Shown: positions 1 to 9,578, counted from the first letter of the stretch. The stretch: DNA of 64,000 bases from an uncultured Clostridiaceae bacterium (GCA_946493085.1 CAMMAC010000004.1:47-64046); one strand, 5' to 3'. The notes: generated by a model not told the origin, from the sequence alone. Numbers and translations: made by a program.

Positions 1-332
1 AAATTTTTTTCAATAAAAATATCTCTTACAAGAGCCTAAAATACTAGAACAAACGTACTATATGAATTGGGTAAAAATTGGGTAAAATCTTCTCAAAAAA
101 TGCCTTAAAAATGCACAAACGTTCTGTAAATAGAAACTCTTGTAAATACTGAAATACCAACAAAAACTCTAATTTTCACAAAACTACAAAAACTGGTCAA
201 ACCTCGCTCATAACCCGAAGGTATTAAGTCTTAGCAGTGTTATACAAAGCAGGGCATAATTAGTAGTATAATATTTATAGCTATTTATAATAAAAGATGA
301 TAAAATGTAAAAAAAGAGAGGAATGTTATTAA

Positions 333-989
333 ATGTTAATACAAACAAAAAAGTTATATTCAATATTTAGTAAAGAACAAATAGAAAAAATTAATTATAT
401 TATTGAGCAAATAAAAAGAGAGGTCGATGAATATAAAACTATAAATTTATGGAAGTTTGATCAAGAGATAGGAGGAATAGGAGGTTATTGTCAAGGTTGT
501 GATCCAGCACGTTCAAATCCTTTTCAGGGAACAGCATTTAGGAATACTTATAGGTGTTTACAATATGTTAGAAGTAATATAGATTTGTTAAATATTAGCG
601 ATACAGCCAGATATATAATACAAGAGTGCGGACATCATTTAGAAGAAGTAATAAAAATATATTTAAAAAGAAAAAGCATAATAAGTCAATTACAAACTGC
701 TAAATTTCCATTAGGTAAATTAGTACAATATGTAATTAAAAAGAAAATAATAGAAGAAGAGATTACCAATAAATTAGTATTATTTGTAGAATTATACAAT
801 ATATCAAAACATGAGATACAATCTAATGACGAAATAGATAGAACATTTCATGCTGATGATGCTATAGTTTATTATTTTGCATGTAGAATAGTAGGAAAAG
901 ATATTTTATTAAAAGTAGATAATGAAAGAGAAAGCCAGACTTATGAAATTGATTGGAATAAATATAACAGAAAAACAAATAGATTTTAA
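333..989 (+). CDS. hypothetical protein (218 aa)
   Basis: Intact ORF with an AGAGAGG SD-like motif about 11 nt upstream of the ATG. Has Cys/His clusters (CQGC, ECGHH) but no family motif I can name. Lies directly upstream of, and in frame with, a truncated surface-protein remnant. Confidence 0.5.
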   Translation: MLIQTKKLYSIFSKEQIEKINYIIEQIKREVDEYKTINLWKFDQEIGGIGGYCQGCDPARSNPFQGTAFRNTYRCLQYVRSNIDLLNISDTARYIIQECGHHLEEVIKIYLKRKSIISQLQTAKFPLGKLVQYVIKKKIIEEEITNKLVLFVELYNISKHEIQSNDEIDRTFHADDAIVYYFACRIVGKDILLKVDNERESQTYEIDWNKYNRKTNRF

Positions 990-1268
990 ATAATAAAGAC
1001 ACAACTGATAAAAAAAGCTGGAATAGCAGATATAACAGTAGCCAGTGCGAATGGAAAAACAAGTACAATAAAAATAAACGTAAAAGAAACAAAAAAAGAA
1101 GCAACTAGTAGTATCATAAAAACGTCAGTAATTAGTAAAACTAATAGCGTAAATGAGAATATAACAAAGACCGAAGACGATACAAGTCTATTAGGAGGAA
1201 CTCTAATATTAGCATTGTTGGGAGTTGGTGGATATTTTGGTTATAAAAAGCATAAAAACAAAAAATAA
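990..1268 (+). pseudogene. 3' remnant of a cell-surface protein gene (Big_2-like Ig strand plus C-terminal membrane anchor)
   Basis: 92 open codons with no start codon at the 5' end: ...KAGIADITVASANGKTSTIKINVKE...LLGGTLILALLGVGGYFGYKKHKNKK*. A hydrophobic span plus basic tail is typical of adhesin C-termini. Confidence 0.5.
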
Positions 1269-1417
1269 CTCCCAAAATCACACCAACTAGAATAAGTTAA
1301 CACACAAGCTCTTCTAAAAATAAAAATCCGCAATAGCGGACAAAAAACATGGCACTCATAAAGAAAAAGATTAGAACCTCTCTAATCTTTCTCCTTCTAA
1401 TTAACTTCACGGGTAAA

Positions 1418-1436
1418 CCACGGGTTCTCCCCGTGG
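1418..1436 (-). terminator. GC-rich hairpin downstream of the UDPGP-family gene
   Basis: CCACGGG-TTCTC-CCCGTGG forms a 7-bp stem. On the minus strand it is followed by TTTA and lies about 27 nt past the stop at 1463. A second hairpin (AAAGATTAGA/TCTAATCTTT) is at 1366..1390. Confidence 0.5.
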
Positions 1437-1462
1437 ATGATTATTTTCTTTCTAATTTTTTT

Positions 1463-2740
1463 CTAATCTTTTTCTTCGTCTACATGTTCTCTATGTAGTT
1501 TCACTTTTTCATATAATATAGTAGCAACTTCTGGGTTGTAAGGACCGTTAAAATCCTTAATGGGTGCAAATTCGTCTTCTCTCTTTATACGAAGCAATTG
1601 AATAGAAGGGAAGAAAGCAAAAGCATCGAAAATAAAATTTTCAAACTTAAATGTATTAGGCTTTTCTGGTACTTGCTTCATTCCTTCTTCATTCACGAAG
1701 GTATTTTTCTTAAAAGCGCGATGGTAGGGAAGAGGATCTTTTGCTAATTGCTCTAATGCACTGATATGAAAAAGATGAGAAAGTACATTGATATCGCGAA
1801 AACAATCATGTCCGTTAGATGCATCTATTTGGTTTTTCATTTCTTCGGTTAAATAACAACAGTCCACAATCGAAGGTTTGCCTTTTTTGGAGGCAAATAT
1901 CCAATCTTTATCGTCTGGATTTTCTTTGCGAAGTGTTTTCGAAGCAGTCAAATGCCCATTTTGAATGGTAAGCCCCAATAAAAGAGGGTCTACACCTTTT
2001 AGTAGAACATTATCAATGCCTGCAAAGAATACCCATTCAATTCCTTGCTTCTTCATGGAAGAAAGATACCCCGCCTTTGCTAAAGCAGAAAAAACGTCTC
2101 CATTTCCATTAGAAGCTTCTTTAATTTTAAAAGTTTCCTCTAATACTAAATTCCCATTGGTATCAATAATAGGTAACTCTGATTGAGAGAAGAAAAAGAT
2201 AGCGTCTTTTGGATAACCAAAATAATTTTTCTGCTGAAAGAATAATTTGGTAGCCTCATCGTTATAAATACTAGTCATAATATACCAAGGAATAGTGGTT
2301 TGCATGGTATCATTGATTTCTTTTAAGTTGTCACAAATAATTTCAAATAAGGATTTTTTAGGTTTCAAATCTAACTCAAAAGTACCCTTAGGCCCTTTAT
2401 AACCAAGTCTAGTTCCTTGACCTCCTGCCAGTGTAACCATTGCTACTTTCCCTTTAGAAATAGCAGCATTTCCTATTTTTTCAAAACTATTTATTTCAGA
2501 AGAAGAAAGCTCTTCTTTGTCGGTATAGGGCAAAGCTGATAAATCATGAGGAGAGATGACCTCATCTATTTTAGAATGGTTATATAATTGTAAAATTTGT
2601 GCAAAATCAATAGAAAGAATTTGACTCACGAGAGAGTGTTTTTCTTCTTCCGTCAGTTCTTCCCAAAAATTCCATAAATGCTCTTGGTGATACTGTTTTA
2701 AAATTTGTTTTGCCAGATCGATATCTTCCATAAATTCCAT
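1463..2740 (-). CDS. UDP-N-acetylhexosamine / UTP-sugar-1-phosphate uridylyltransferase (UDPGP family)
   Basis: LAGGQGTRLGYKGPKG nucleotide-binding motif, 425 aa. RBS spacing favours the internal ATG at 2731 (MEDIDL...). Confidence 0.85.
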   Translation of the reverse strand: MEFMEDIDLAKQILKQYHQEHLWNFWEELTEEEKHSLVSQILSIDFAQILQLYNHSKIDEVISPHDLSALPYTDKEELSSSEINSFEKIGNAAISKGKVAMVTLAGGQGTRLGYKGPKGTFELDLKPKKSLFEIICDNLKEINDTMQTTIPWYIMTSIYNDEATKLFFQQKNYFGYPKDAIFFFSQSELPIIDTNGNLVLEETFKIKEASNGNGDVFSALAKAGYLSSMKKQGIEWVFFAGIDNVLLKGVDPLLLGLTIQNGHLTASKTLRKENPDDKDWIFASKKGKPSIVDCCYLTEEMKNQIDASNGHDCFRDINVLSHLFHISALEQLAKDPLPYHRAFKKNTFVNEEGMKQVPEKPNTFKFENFIFDAFAFFPSIQLLRIKREDEFAPIKDFNGPYNPEVATILYEKVKLHREHVDEEKD

Positions 2741-2821
2741 CCTTTATTTTTCTTTATTTTATCGAAAATTTATATAAAATAAAGTTTTTTTCTTGTTATA
2801 TCATATTAACAATATACAAAA

Positions 2822-3616
2822 CTAGTGAATTGCGGTTTGCAAAGTTCGAATAATAATTTCTTTGTTAGGCATATCCGAAGCCTCTAAATATTCAATTTCT
2901 TTACCAATGTCAAAAGGTAGTCTTACAAAAGTAAAAGAAAGAGAAGAAAGTGTAGGAGAGTCTAAATCTCCTTCTAAAATAACGTAAGAAGACATGGTAG
3001 AAAAGCGATTAGTAGGATCATTTTCATCTTCATTTAGCATTTCTGTGGGGATACCCACACTACCTACATTAAAAACGGTTTTGTTACCAAAGCGGAAAAG
3101 ATTAGGTGTATGCAGATGTCCATAACCAATGACATCTGGAGTAGACTCCTCTGTGCTTTTTCCTAGAAATTCTGTATTTTTAAATAATTCTTCTGGGTTA
3201 GTAATAATATGGTTAAAATATCTAGAGTCACTGTTAGAGTAAACAGGATTAAAAATATCTTCTAGCCCAGAAGGAGAAGCATGAAAAAGGCGAATCAAAT
3301 GACCACTCATATAAAAGTCGTAAGAAATAGGGCAATGATGGATAAAGTTGGCACGTTCTTCACCAATTTTATCTCTACTCCAAAAACGCCCATATTCCAC
3401 ACCTGGTCTGCAAATAACAGCATCACAGTTTCCTTTTATGATGACGTCACATTTTTCTCTTAATAAATCGATTACTTTGTCTGGATTCGCACATTTGATA
3501 ACGCAATCTCCTAAACAATAAATTTTATGAATTTGTCTTTTTTCTATATCTTCCATAACAGTCTTTAGTGCTGTTATATTTCCATGAACATCCGAAAGAA
3601 TAGCTACTCTATCCAT
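2822..3616 (-). CDS. metallophosphoesterase (calcineurin-like)
   Basis: Motifs ILSDVHGN, GDCV, GNCD and GHLH. AGGAG RBS upstream. Confidence 0.85.
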   Translation of the reverse strand: MDRVAILSDVHGNITALKTVMEDIEKRQIHKIYCLGDCVIKCANPDKVIDLLREKCDVIIKGNCDAVICRPGVEYGRFWSRDKIGEERANFIHHCPISYDFYMSGHLIRLFHASPSGLEDIFNPVYSNSDSRYFNHIITNPEELFKNTEFLGKSTEESTPDVIGYGHLHTPNLFRFGNKTVFNVGSVGIPTEMLNEDENDPTNRFSTMSSYVILEGDLDSPTLSSLSFTFVRLPFDIGKEIEYLEASDMPNKEIIIRTLQTAIH

Positions 3617-3744
3617 TTTCTACTCCTTCTTTATTATATAAAAGAAAATCTATATAATAAAACCTTTATTTTATGTCACAATTATATAACAAAATCACAT
3701 AACTTACAAGGATAAGATAAGGTAAAAATGGAAATAATGTGAGT

Positions 3745-3983
3745 AGATAATGGTTTTCTATAAAAGTTTGATTTTTAAGTCCTAGAGAATAGGTATATTT
3801 AGAAAATTTTTGTAAAACCGCGTAGCGACCAAACGAGCCTTGTATAAGGCGAGTGCGATTGAAGCAGCCTACCGCAAAATGTCTGCTATACGACATTTTG
3901 CATCAAAGGTTGCGACAAGAAGGTTCAAAAAAATTGGATAAATATACCTGTTCTCTAAGAAGTAACTAATAAAACCATTATCT
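3745..3983. other. imperfect ~240-nt palindrome with a GC-rich three-stem core (candidate structured RNA or MITE-like element)
   Basis: Arm matches: AGATAATGGTTTT (3745..3757) vs AAAACCATTATCT (3971..3983), 13/13; 3781..3801 vs 3939..3959, 19/21. Core stems: GCGACC/GGTTGC (3825/3908), GCCTT/AAGGC (3837/3846), GCAAAATGTC/GACATTTTGC (3874/3892). Confidence 0.45.
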
Positions 3984-4010
3984 AATAGAAAAATAGAAAG
4001 AAGAAAACGG

Positions 4011-4751
4011 ATGAATCAGAAAGAAATAGAACAAGCTTTAGAAAATAAAGAAATAAAAGTGTATTTGCAGCCACAGTTTGACTTAAATTCAGAAAAATTA
4101 GTGGGTGCAGAAAGCCTTGTGCGATGGCAGAGAGGAGCCATTATGGTACCACCAAGTAGTTTTATTCCCTTTTGTGAGCAAACAGGTTTTATTACCCAAA
4201 TAGATCAATATGTATTAGAAACCGTATGCCAGCATATGCAAAAATGGAAACAAAAAATACCTATTGCAGTAAATGAATCGAGAAGGCATTTATACAATCC
4301 CCATCATGTAGAAGAATTAGAGCAAACTATCAGAAAATACGGAATAGAAGCTAAATATATAGAATTGGAGATGACAGAAACAGCAATCGTGCATGATATA
4401 GAAGCGGCAAAAGAAGCAGAAAGAAAGGTACATGCTCTAGGCTTTAAAGTGGCCATGGATGATTTTGGAACAGGTTATTCTTCCTTTAGCATGTTAAGGC
4501 AAATAGAAATTGACATTTTAAAAATAGATAAATCTTTTGTAGATGAAGTAACGCAAGATAAAAGGGGAAAAATTATCATAGAAACCATAATTAGCATGGC
4601 AAAAAAATTAAAAATGACTACTATTGCAGAAGGAATAGAGACAAAAGAGCAAGCAGAGTATTTAAAAACCATAGGCTGTGATATAGCACAAGGCTATTAT
4701 TATGCACTTCCTATGGCAATAGAGGAATTTGAAAGACGATATTTAGCATGA
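4011..4751 (+). CDS. stand-alone EAL-domain protein (c-di-GMP phosphodiesterase)
   Basis: Motifs QPQFDL, E(S)LVRW, ELEMTE, DDFGTGYSS, KIDKSF, AEGIET and QGYYY. Confidence 0.9.
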   Translation: MNQKEIEQALENKEIKVYLQPQFDLNSEKLVGAESLVRWQRGAIMVPPSSFIPFCEQTGFITQIDQYVLETVCQHMQKWKQKIPIAVNESRRHLYNPHHVEELEQTIRKYGIEAKYIELEMTETAIVHDIEAAKEAERKVHALGFKVAMDDFGTGYSSFSMLRQIEIDILKIDKSFVDEVTQDKRGKIIIETIISMAKKLKMTTIAEGIETKEQAEYLKTIGCDIAQGYYYALPMAIEEFERRYLA

Positions 4752-4792
4752 AACAAAAAGCAAGCCATACAATAGAAAAAGGAGGTGAGCAA

Positions 4793-5398
4793 ATGTTAAA
4801 AATGATAGAATTACCTTATCCAACCAATGCATTAGAACCCTATTATAGCAAAGAAACATTAGAATTACATTATCAAATTTTATACAAAGGATATGTCGAT
4901 AATACCAATAAAACACAAGAACAATTAGCACAGGCAAGAAAAAATAAAGATTTTTCTAATATAAAATGCTTGGAGAAAAATTTAAGTTTTTTTGGAGCAG
5001 GAGCCATCTTACATGAAAAATTCTTTGAAAATTTAGGACCTGCTATTCCGTCTACTCCAAGTATGACACTTATGGAGCAAATCATTAAAGATTTTGGTAG
5101 TTTCGAAGCTTTTAAAGAGCAATTTACGAATGCTGCTATACAAGTAGAGGCATCAGGTTGGTGTTTATTAGTATGGGTAAGAGCATGGAATAAGCTAGAG
5201 ATATTGCAATGTGAAAAGCATCAAAATTTAAGTTTATGGGATTGTATTCCCGTTTTAGTATTAGATATGTGGGAGCATTCCTACTATTTACAATATAAAA
5301 CAAAAAGACCGGATTATGTACAAAACTATTGGAATATAGTAAATTGGAATGTGGTAAATAAAAGATGGGAAAAAATACAAAAAAATGATGAAAGATAA
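4793..5398 (+). CDS. sodA: Fe/Mn superoxide dismutase
   Basis: LPYPTNALEPYYS N-terminus and DMWEHSYYLQYKTKRPDY C-terminal motif. Metal ligands are alignable (ELH, ILHE, D..WEH). The start was moved to the ATG preceded by AAAGGAGGTGAGCAA. Confidence 0.9.
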   Translation: MLKMIELPYPTNALEPYYSKETLELHYQILYKGYVDNTNKTQEQLAQARKNKDFSNIKCLEKNLSFFGAGAILHEKFFENLGPAIPSTPSMTLMEQIIKDFGSFEAFKEQFTNAAIQVEASGWCLLVWVRAWNKLEILQCEKHQNLSLWDCIPVLVLDMWEHSYYLQYKTKRPDYVQNYWNIVNWNVVNKRWEKIQKNDER

Positions 5399-5440
5399 AA
5401 AATTCGTGTTATAATAGGGTGGCAAAGGAGGAAAAATAAC

Positions 5441-8062
5441 ATGGCTGATAGAGAAGAAAAAATAGATATTGAAAAATTGTATGGGAGAGAAGCGTTTGCT
5501 TCAGTAGAAGAATGGAAAGAAGAACAAAATATAGATGTAGAAAAGGGATTAAATAGTGCGCAAGTAGTTGAGAATAGTAAAAAATATGGGAAAAATGAAA
5601 TGAAACAAAAAAAGCCAAAAAAGTGGTATCATTATTTAATAGAAAGTTTTATTAGTCCATTTAACTTAATTTTATTAGGTATCACAGTGGTTCTTTTCTA
5701 CACAGATGTGTATTTAAGTAGTCCACCTAGTTATGCCAATATTACAGTTATCTTACTATTGGTGATAATCAGTACCCTATTAGAGTTTTTTGAAGTGTAT
5801 CGCTCTAATCAAGCAGCAGAAAAACTAAAGAGTATGGTAGAAGCAAAAGCAACAGTGTTTAGAGAGGGAAAAGAGCAAAAGATACCTATGTCAGAGATAG
5901 TCGTAGGTGATATTTTACTATTATCCGCAGGGGACATTATACCAGCAGATTTGAAAGTGCTAGAAGCAAAAGACTTATATGTCAATCAATCATCTTTAAC
6001 AGGAGAATCCGATAGTGTTAGAAAAGTAGAAAAAACACAAATGGAAACAAAAGAGGATTTAGAATTTATTACAGACCTAGATACTATTTGTTTTATGGGA
6101 ACAAATGTAATGAGTGGATATGGAAAAGCAGTAGTAATTAAAGTAGGAGATAATACCTATTTTGGAAAAGTAGCACATACCGTTCAAACTGGAAAGCCTA
6201 AAACAGCTTTTCAAAAAGGAATAGAAAGTGTTAGTAAACTATTAATACGTTTTATGTTGGTATTAATTCCCATCACTTTTATGATAAATGTAGCAAGACA
6301 TGGTGTGTTGGTAGCGTTCACTTTTTCTGTAGCAATTGCTATTGGAATTACACCTTTATTACTACCAGTGTTATTATCCTCTAGTTTGGCAAAAGGTGCC
6401 AACCGTATGGCAAAGAAAAAGACCATTATCAAGAAACTAGATGCTATCCAAAGTTTTGGCGCTATGAATATCTTATGTACAGATAAAACAGGAACGCTAA
6501 CAGAAGATAAGATTGTGCTAGAAAAATACTTAGATGTTCACGGAAAAGAAGACAAAAGAATCTTAAAGCATGTCTTCTTAAATAGCTATTTTCAGACAGG
6601 GTTAGAAGGGAATATAGATGTAGCCATTGTAGAAAGAGCTAAAAAGGAAGGCATAGCAGAAATAGTAGAAAACTATGAAAAAATAGATGAAATACCATTT
6701 GATTTTTCTAGGAGAAGATTATCTGTTGTTGTAAAAGATAAGCAAAATAAAAAACAATTAATTACCAAAGGAGCCATAGAAGAAATCTTAGAAATTTGTA
6801 GCTTTGTAGATGATAAAGGGCAAGTAAGTAGTATGACGCCTGCCTTAAAAAAAGGAATATTAGAACAGGCAAAGCAGATGAATAAAGAGGGCTTACGTGT
6901 ATTAGGAGTATGTCAAAAAAATAACATAGAAAAAGTAGAACATTTTGCTGTACAAGATGAAAAAGACATGGTATTGTTAGGATTTATAGGATTTTTAGAT
7001 CCGCCAAAAGAGAGCGCAAAAGAAACCATTAAAAACTTAAATAAACATGGTATAAGAGTCATTGTATTAACCGGAGATAATGAATACGTTACCAAAACAG
7101 TGTGTGAAAGGGTAAACATTAATACAAAAAGAATTGTATTGGGTAACCAAATAGATAAATTGTCCGATATAGGAGTAAAAAGACTACTTCGTAATACCAA
7201 TGTATTTGCCAAATTATCTCCTATCCAAAAAGCGAGAATTGTTAGAATTTTAGGAGAAGCAGGTAATGTAGTAGGTTATATGGGAGATGGTATTAATGAT
7301 AGTCCATCCCTAGTAAATGCAGAAGTAGGTATATCGGTAGACACCGCCGTAGATATTGCAAAAGAAACAGCAGATATTATTCTATTAGAAAAAGATTTAG
7401 ATGTATTAAGACAAGGTGTAATAGAAGGAAGAAGAACTTTTGGTAATTTATTAAAATATATCAAAATGGCAGCTAGCTTCAACTTCGGTGAGGTAACCTC
7501 TGTATTAATTGCCAGCATCTTTTTGCCATTCTTCCCGATTACTCCAATTCAATTATTAGTACAAAGCTTGTTATATGATATAGGGCAGTTATCTTTGCCA
7601 ACCGATAATGTAGATGAAGAATATTTAGAAAAACCAAGAAGATGGGATATGAAAAGCTTAAAAAGATTTATGCTATATATGGGACCAACTAGTTCTATTT
7701 TCGATTTATTAATCTTCTGGCTTTTATGGTTTGTTTTTGATATTAGAGAGGGGCAAGCAGCATTATTCCAAAGTATCTGGTTCTCTTATGGAATTGTATC
7801 TAATTTAATAGGACTTCATATTATTAGAACAGCTAAAATTCCATTTTTAGAAAGCCATGCATCTAAAACCGTGTACTTATTTACCTTTGTATTGTGTGCG
7901 GTAGCGGTATGCATACCATTTACCTTTATAGGAGAATTCTTAGGATTAGTACCATTAACACCAACCTTTATAGGACTTATTTTTGTCATACCAATTCTAT
8001 ATTGTTTTGTAGCTTTAATTGTAAAGAAATTATATATACGCAAATTTGGCGATTGGATTTAA
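5441..8062 (+). CDS. mgtA: magnesium-translocating P-type ATPase
   Basis: Motifs DKTGTLT, TGDN, GDGINDSPSL and the MgtA-like stretch DIAKETADIILLEKDLDVLRQGVIEGRRTFGNLLKYIKMAASFNFG. 873 aa. Confidence 0.9.
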   Translation: MADREEKIDIEKLYGREAFASVEEWKEEQNIDVEKGLNSAQVVENSKKYGKNEMKQKKPKKWYHYLIESFISPFNLILLGITVVLFYTDVYLSSPPSYANITVILLLVIISTLLEFFEVYRSNQAAEKLKSMVEAKATVFREGKEQKIPMSEIVVGDILLLSAGDIIPADLKVLEAKDLYVNQSSLTGESDSVRKVEKTQMETKEDLEFITDLDTICFMGTNVMSGYGKAVVIKVGDNTYFGKVAHTVQTGKPKTAFQKGIESVSKLLIRFMLVLIPITFMINVARHGVLVAFTFSVAIAIGITPLLLPVLLSSSLAKGANRMAKKKTIIKKLDAIQSFGAMNILCTDKTGTLTEDKIVLEKYLDVHGKEDKRILKHVFLNSYFQTGLEGNIDVAIVERAKKEGIAEIVENYEKIDEIPFDFSRRRLSVVVKDKQNKKQLITKGAIEEILEICSFVDDKGQVSSMTPALKKGILEQAKQMNKEGLRVLGVCQKNNIEKVEHFAVQDEKDMVLLGFIGFLDPPKESAKETIKNLNKHGIRVIVLTGDNEYVTKTVCERVNINTKRIVLGNQIDKLSDIGVKRLLRNTNVFAKLSPIQKARIVRILGEAGNVVGYMGDGINDSPSLVNAEVGISVDTAVDIAKETADIILLEKDLDVLRQGVIEGRRTFGNLLKYIKMAASFNFGEVTSVLIASIFLPFFPITPIQLLVQSLLYDIGQLSLPTDNVDEEYLEKPRRWDMKSLKRFMLYMGPTSSIFDLLIFWLLWFVFDIREGQAALFQSIWFSYGIVSNLIGLHIIRTAKIPFLESHASKTVYLFTFVLCAVAVCIPFTFIGEFLGLVPLTPTFIGLIFVIPILYCFVALIVKKLYIRKFGDWI

Positions 8063-8074
8063 GAGGAGGAAAAA

Positions 8075-8440
8075 ATGTTATACGAAAAAGATAGTATATC
8101 TAGAGAAATAGAAGAAATGATTCGAGTAATAGGAGATGTATTTTTAGGAAAGGAAAATACAGAGTATGAAGTGATAGAAGATGAAGCACATAAATCCTGT
8201 AACGCACTATATTACCGAATAGATAAAGCTTTTCAGGAAGGGAAAATTAACGAAGCGGAGAATATATTATTTGAAGAGATATCCGTAGAAAATCCTTCCT
8301 ATTTGGAAATAGCCATAGATTTTTACACAAAGGTAAATCAAAAAACAGAAGAAGAATTAAGTCAAATGCAGTTTTCAAAAGAAGAAATAGTAGAAGGAAT
8401 GAAAGATATCATGGACATGTTTGGTATTCAAATGATTTAA
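8075..8440 (+). CDS. hypothetical small acidic protein (121 aa)
   Basis: GAGGAGG RBS and coding-like composition. No motif recognised. Confidence 0.6.
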   Translation: MLYEKDSISREIEEMIRVIGDVFLGKENTEYEVIEDEAHKSCNALYYRIDKAFQEGKINEAENILFEEISVENPSYLEIAIDFYTKVNQKTEEELSQMQFSKEEIVEGMKDIMDMFGIQMI

Positions 8441-8495
8441 AGAATAGGAGCGTGAACATGAAAAAGGCATGTGTAGAGATAAAATGGATAAAAGA

Positions 8496-8526
8496 GAAGA
8501 AAGTGGAAAAAGCTTTCTTCTTTTTG
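8496..8526 (+). terminator. intrinsic terminator
   Basis: GAAGAAAG-TGGAAAAAG-CTTTCTTC followed by TTTTT. Confidence 0.6.
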
Positions 8527-8583
8527 CTTGTCACCAAAAATGACAAAAAGCATACAATAGGGTAAAAAGAAAGGAGAAACAGA

Positions 8584-9531
8584 ATGGAAAATATAATAGG
8601 AAAAACACCGATGATACAAATAAAATACAAATATCAAGGAAATCAAAGATATATCTATGCCAAGTTAGAAGCTTTTAATATGACAGGAAGTATTAAAGAT
8701 AGGATGGCAAGTTATATTATAGAAAGAGCCAAACAAAGAAAAGAATTGAAGCCAGGGCAAGCAATCGTGGAGGCAACTAGTGGAAATACAGGTATCTCTT
8801 TAGCAGCCATAGGAGCAAGAGAAAAGCATCCCGTGTACATATTCATGCCAGATTGGGTAAGTGAAGAACGTGTAAAAATCATGGAAAACTATGGAGCCAC
8901 AGTAAAACTATATTCCGCACAGCAAGGAGGATTTAGACGTTGTATTCAAGAGGCACAATACTACGCTAGTAAAATAAACGGATTCTATGTAAATCAATTT
9001 TCTAACCGAGATAATATGATGGCACACTACCAAACAACAGGATTAGAAATACTAGAACAAGTGCATGAGCCAATAGGAGGATTTGTGTCTGGTATTGGTA
9101 CAGGAGGCACCCTAATGGGAGTAGGAAGAAGACTAAAAAAACAAGACCCAAGCATAGTGCTTGCTGCCATAGAGCCAGATAAAATGCCATTATTGTCTAA
9201 AAATAGAGCAATAGGGCAGCATAAAATAGAAGGCATTGGAGACGATTTTATACCAGAAATAGTAGATAGAAATATGATAGATACAGTGATTGTCATTAAT
9301 GACGAAGATGCAGTGAATATGGCAAGATTGCTTGCTAAAAAATTAGGCTTGGGCGTAGGTATCTCTTCAGGAGCCAATTTTTTAGGAGCAGTTATCTTAA
9401 GAGAAAAAATAGATTTGCCAGTAGTAACCGTATTCCCAGACGATAATAAAAAATACTTATCCACAGACTTAGCAAAAAATGTGGATAACAGCGACAACTT
9501 GATATCCAATCACATAGAATTTGCAATTTAG
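8584..9531 (+). CDS. cysK: cysteine synthase A (O-acetylserine sulfhydrylase)
   Basis: PLP lysine motif TGSIKDR, SGNTG loop, 315 aa. Confidence 0.9.
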   Translation: MENIIGKTPMIQIKYKYQGNQRYIYAKLEAFNMTGSIKDRMASYIIERAKQRKELKPGQAIVEATSGNTGISLAAIGAREKHPVYIFMPDWVSEERVKIMENYGATVKLYSAQQGGFRRCIQEAQYYASKINGFYVNQFSNRDNMMAHYQTTGLEILEQVHEPIGGFVSGIGTGGTLMGVGRRLKKQDPSIVLAAIEPDKMPLLSKNRAIGQHKIEGIGDDFIPEIVDRNMIDTVIVINDEDAVNMARLLAKKLGLGVGISSGANFLGAVILREKIDLPVVTVFPDDNKKYLSTDLAKNVDNSDNLISNHIEFAI

Positions 9532-9549
9532 GGACGTTTCTAAAATTGC
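9523..9549. repeat. REP-like palindrome, GCAATTT-arm variant
   Basis: GCAATTTAGGGACGTTTCTAAAATTGC. It contains the TAG stop and the last two codons (A-I) of cysK. Confidence 0.85.
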
Positions 9550-9551
9550 AT

Positions 9552-9578
9552 GAACTTTAGGGACGTTCTTTAAAGTTC
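9552..9578. repeat. REP-like palindrome, GAACTTT-arm variant
   Basis: GAACTTTAGGGACGTTCTTTAAAGTTC, 2 nt after the previous copy (tandem pair). Confidence 0.85.

Noticed and set aside
987-989. Programmed stop-codon readthrough joining 333..989 to the downstream open frame
   Set aside because: The N-terminal part looks cytoplasmic, whereas the downstream part is an Ig-domain end plus membrane anchor. A shared frame has a 1-in-3 chance expectation. A deletion or insertion scar is more parsimonious.
862-1104. 80-aa minus-strand ORF
   Set aside because: It is antisense to the 333..989 ORF and the surface-protein remnant. Its Leu/Phe-rich translation is typical of AT-rich antisense frames.
3666-3896. 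76-aa minus-strand ORF in the divergent intergenic region
   Set aside because: It has no RBS. Its ATG sits in the loop of the 10-bp hairpin of the palindromic element, and the ORF runs through the AT-rich arm. It is better explained as non-coding structure.
3823-3925. Firm call of a GEMM-I c-di-GMP riboswitch
   Set aside because: The overall architecture (closing stem plus two hairpins) and the genomic context fit. However, the conserved GEMM nucleotides (e.g. ACGCAAAGCC, a GNRA loop/receptor pair) are not recognisable by eye. It is kept only as a hypothesis under findings.
5399-5440. M-box (Mg2+) riboswitch upstream of mgtA
   Set aside because: Only 42 nt separate the sodA stop and the mgtA start, which is too short for an M-box. 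mgtA appears co-transcribed or simply promoted.
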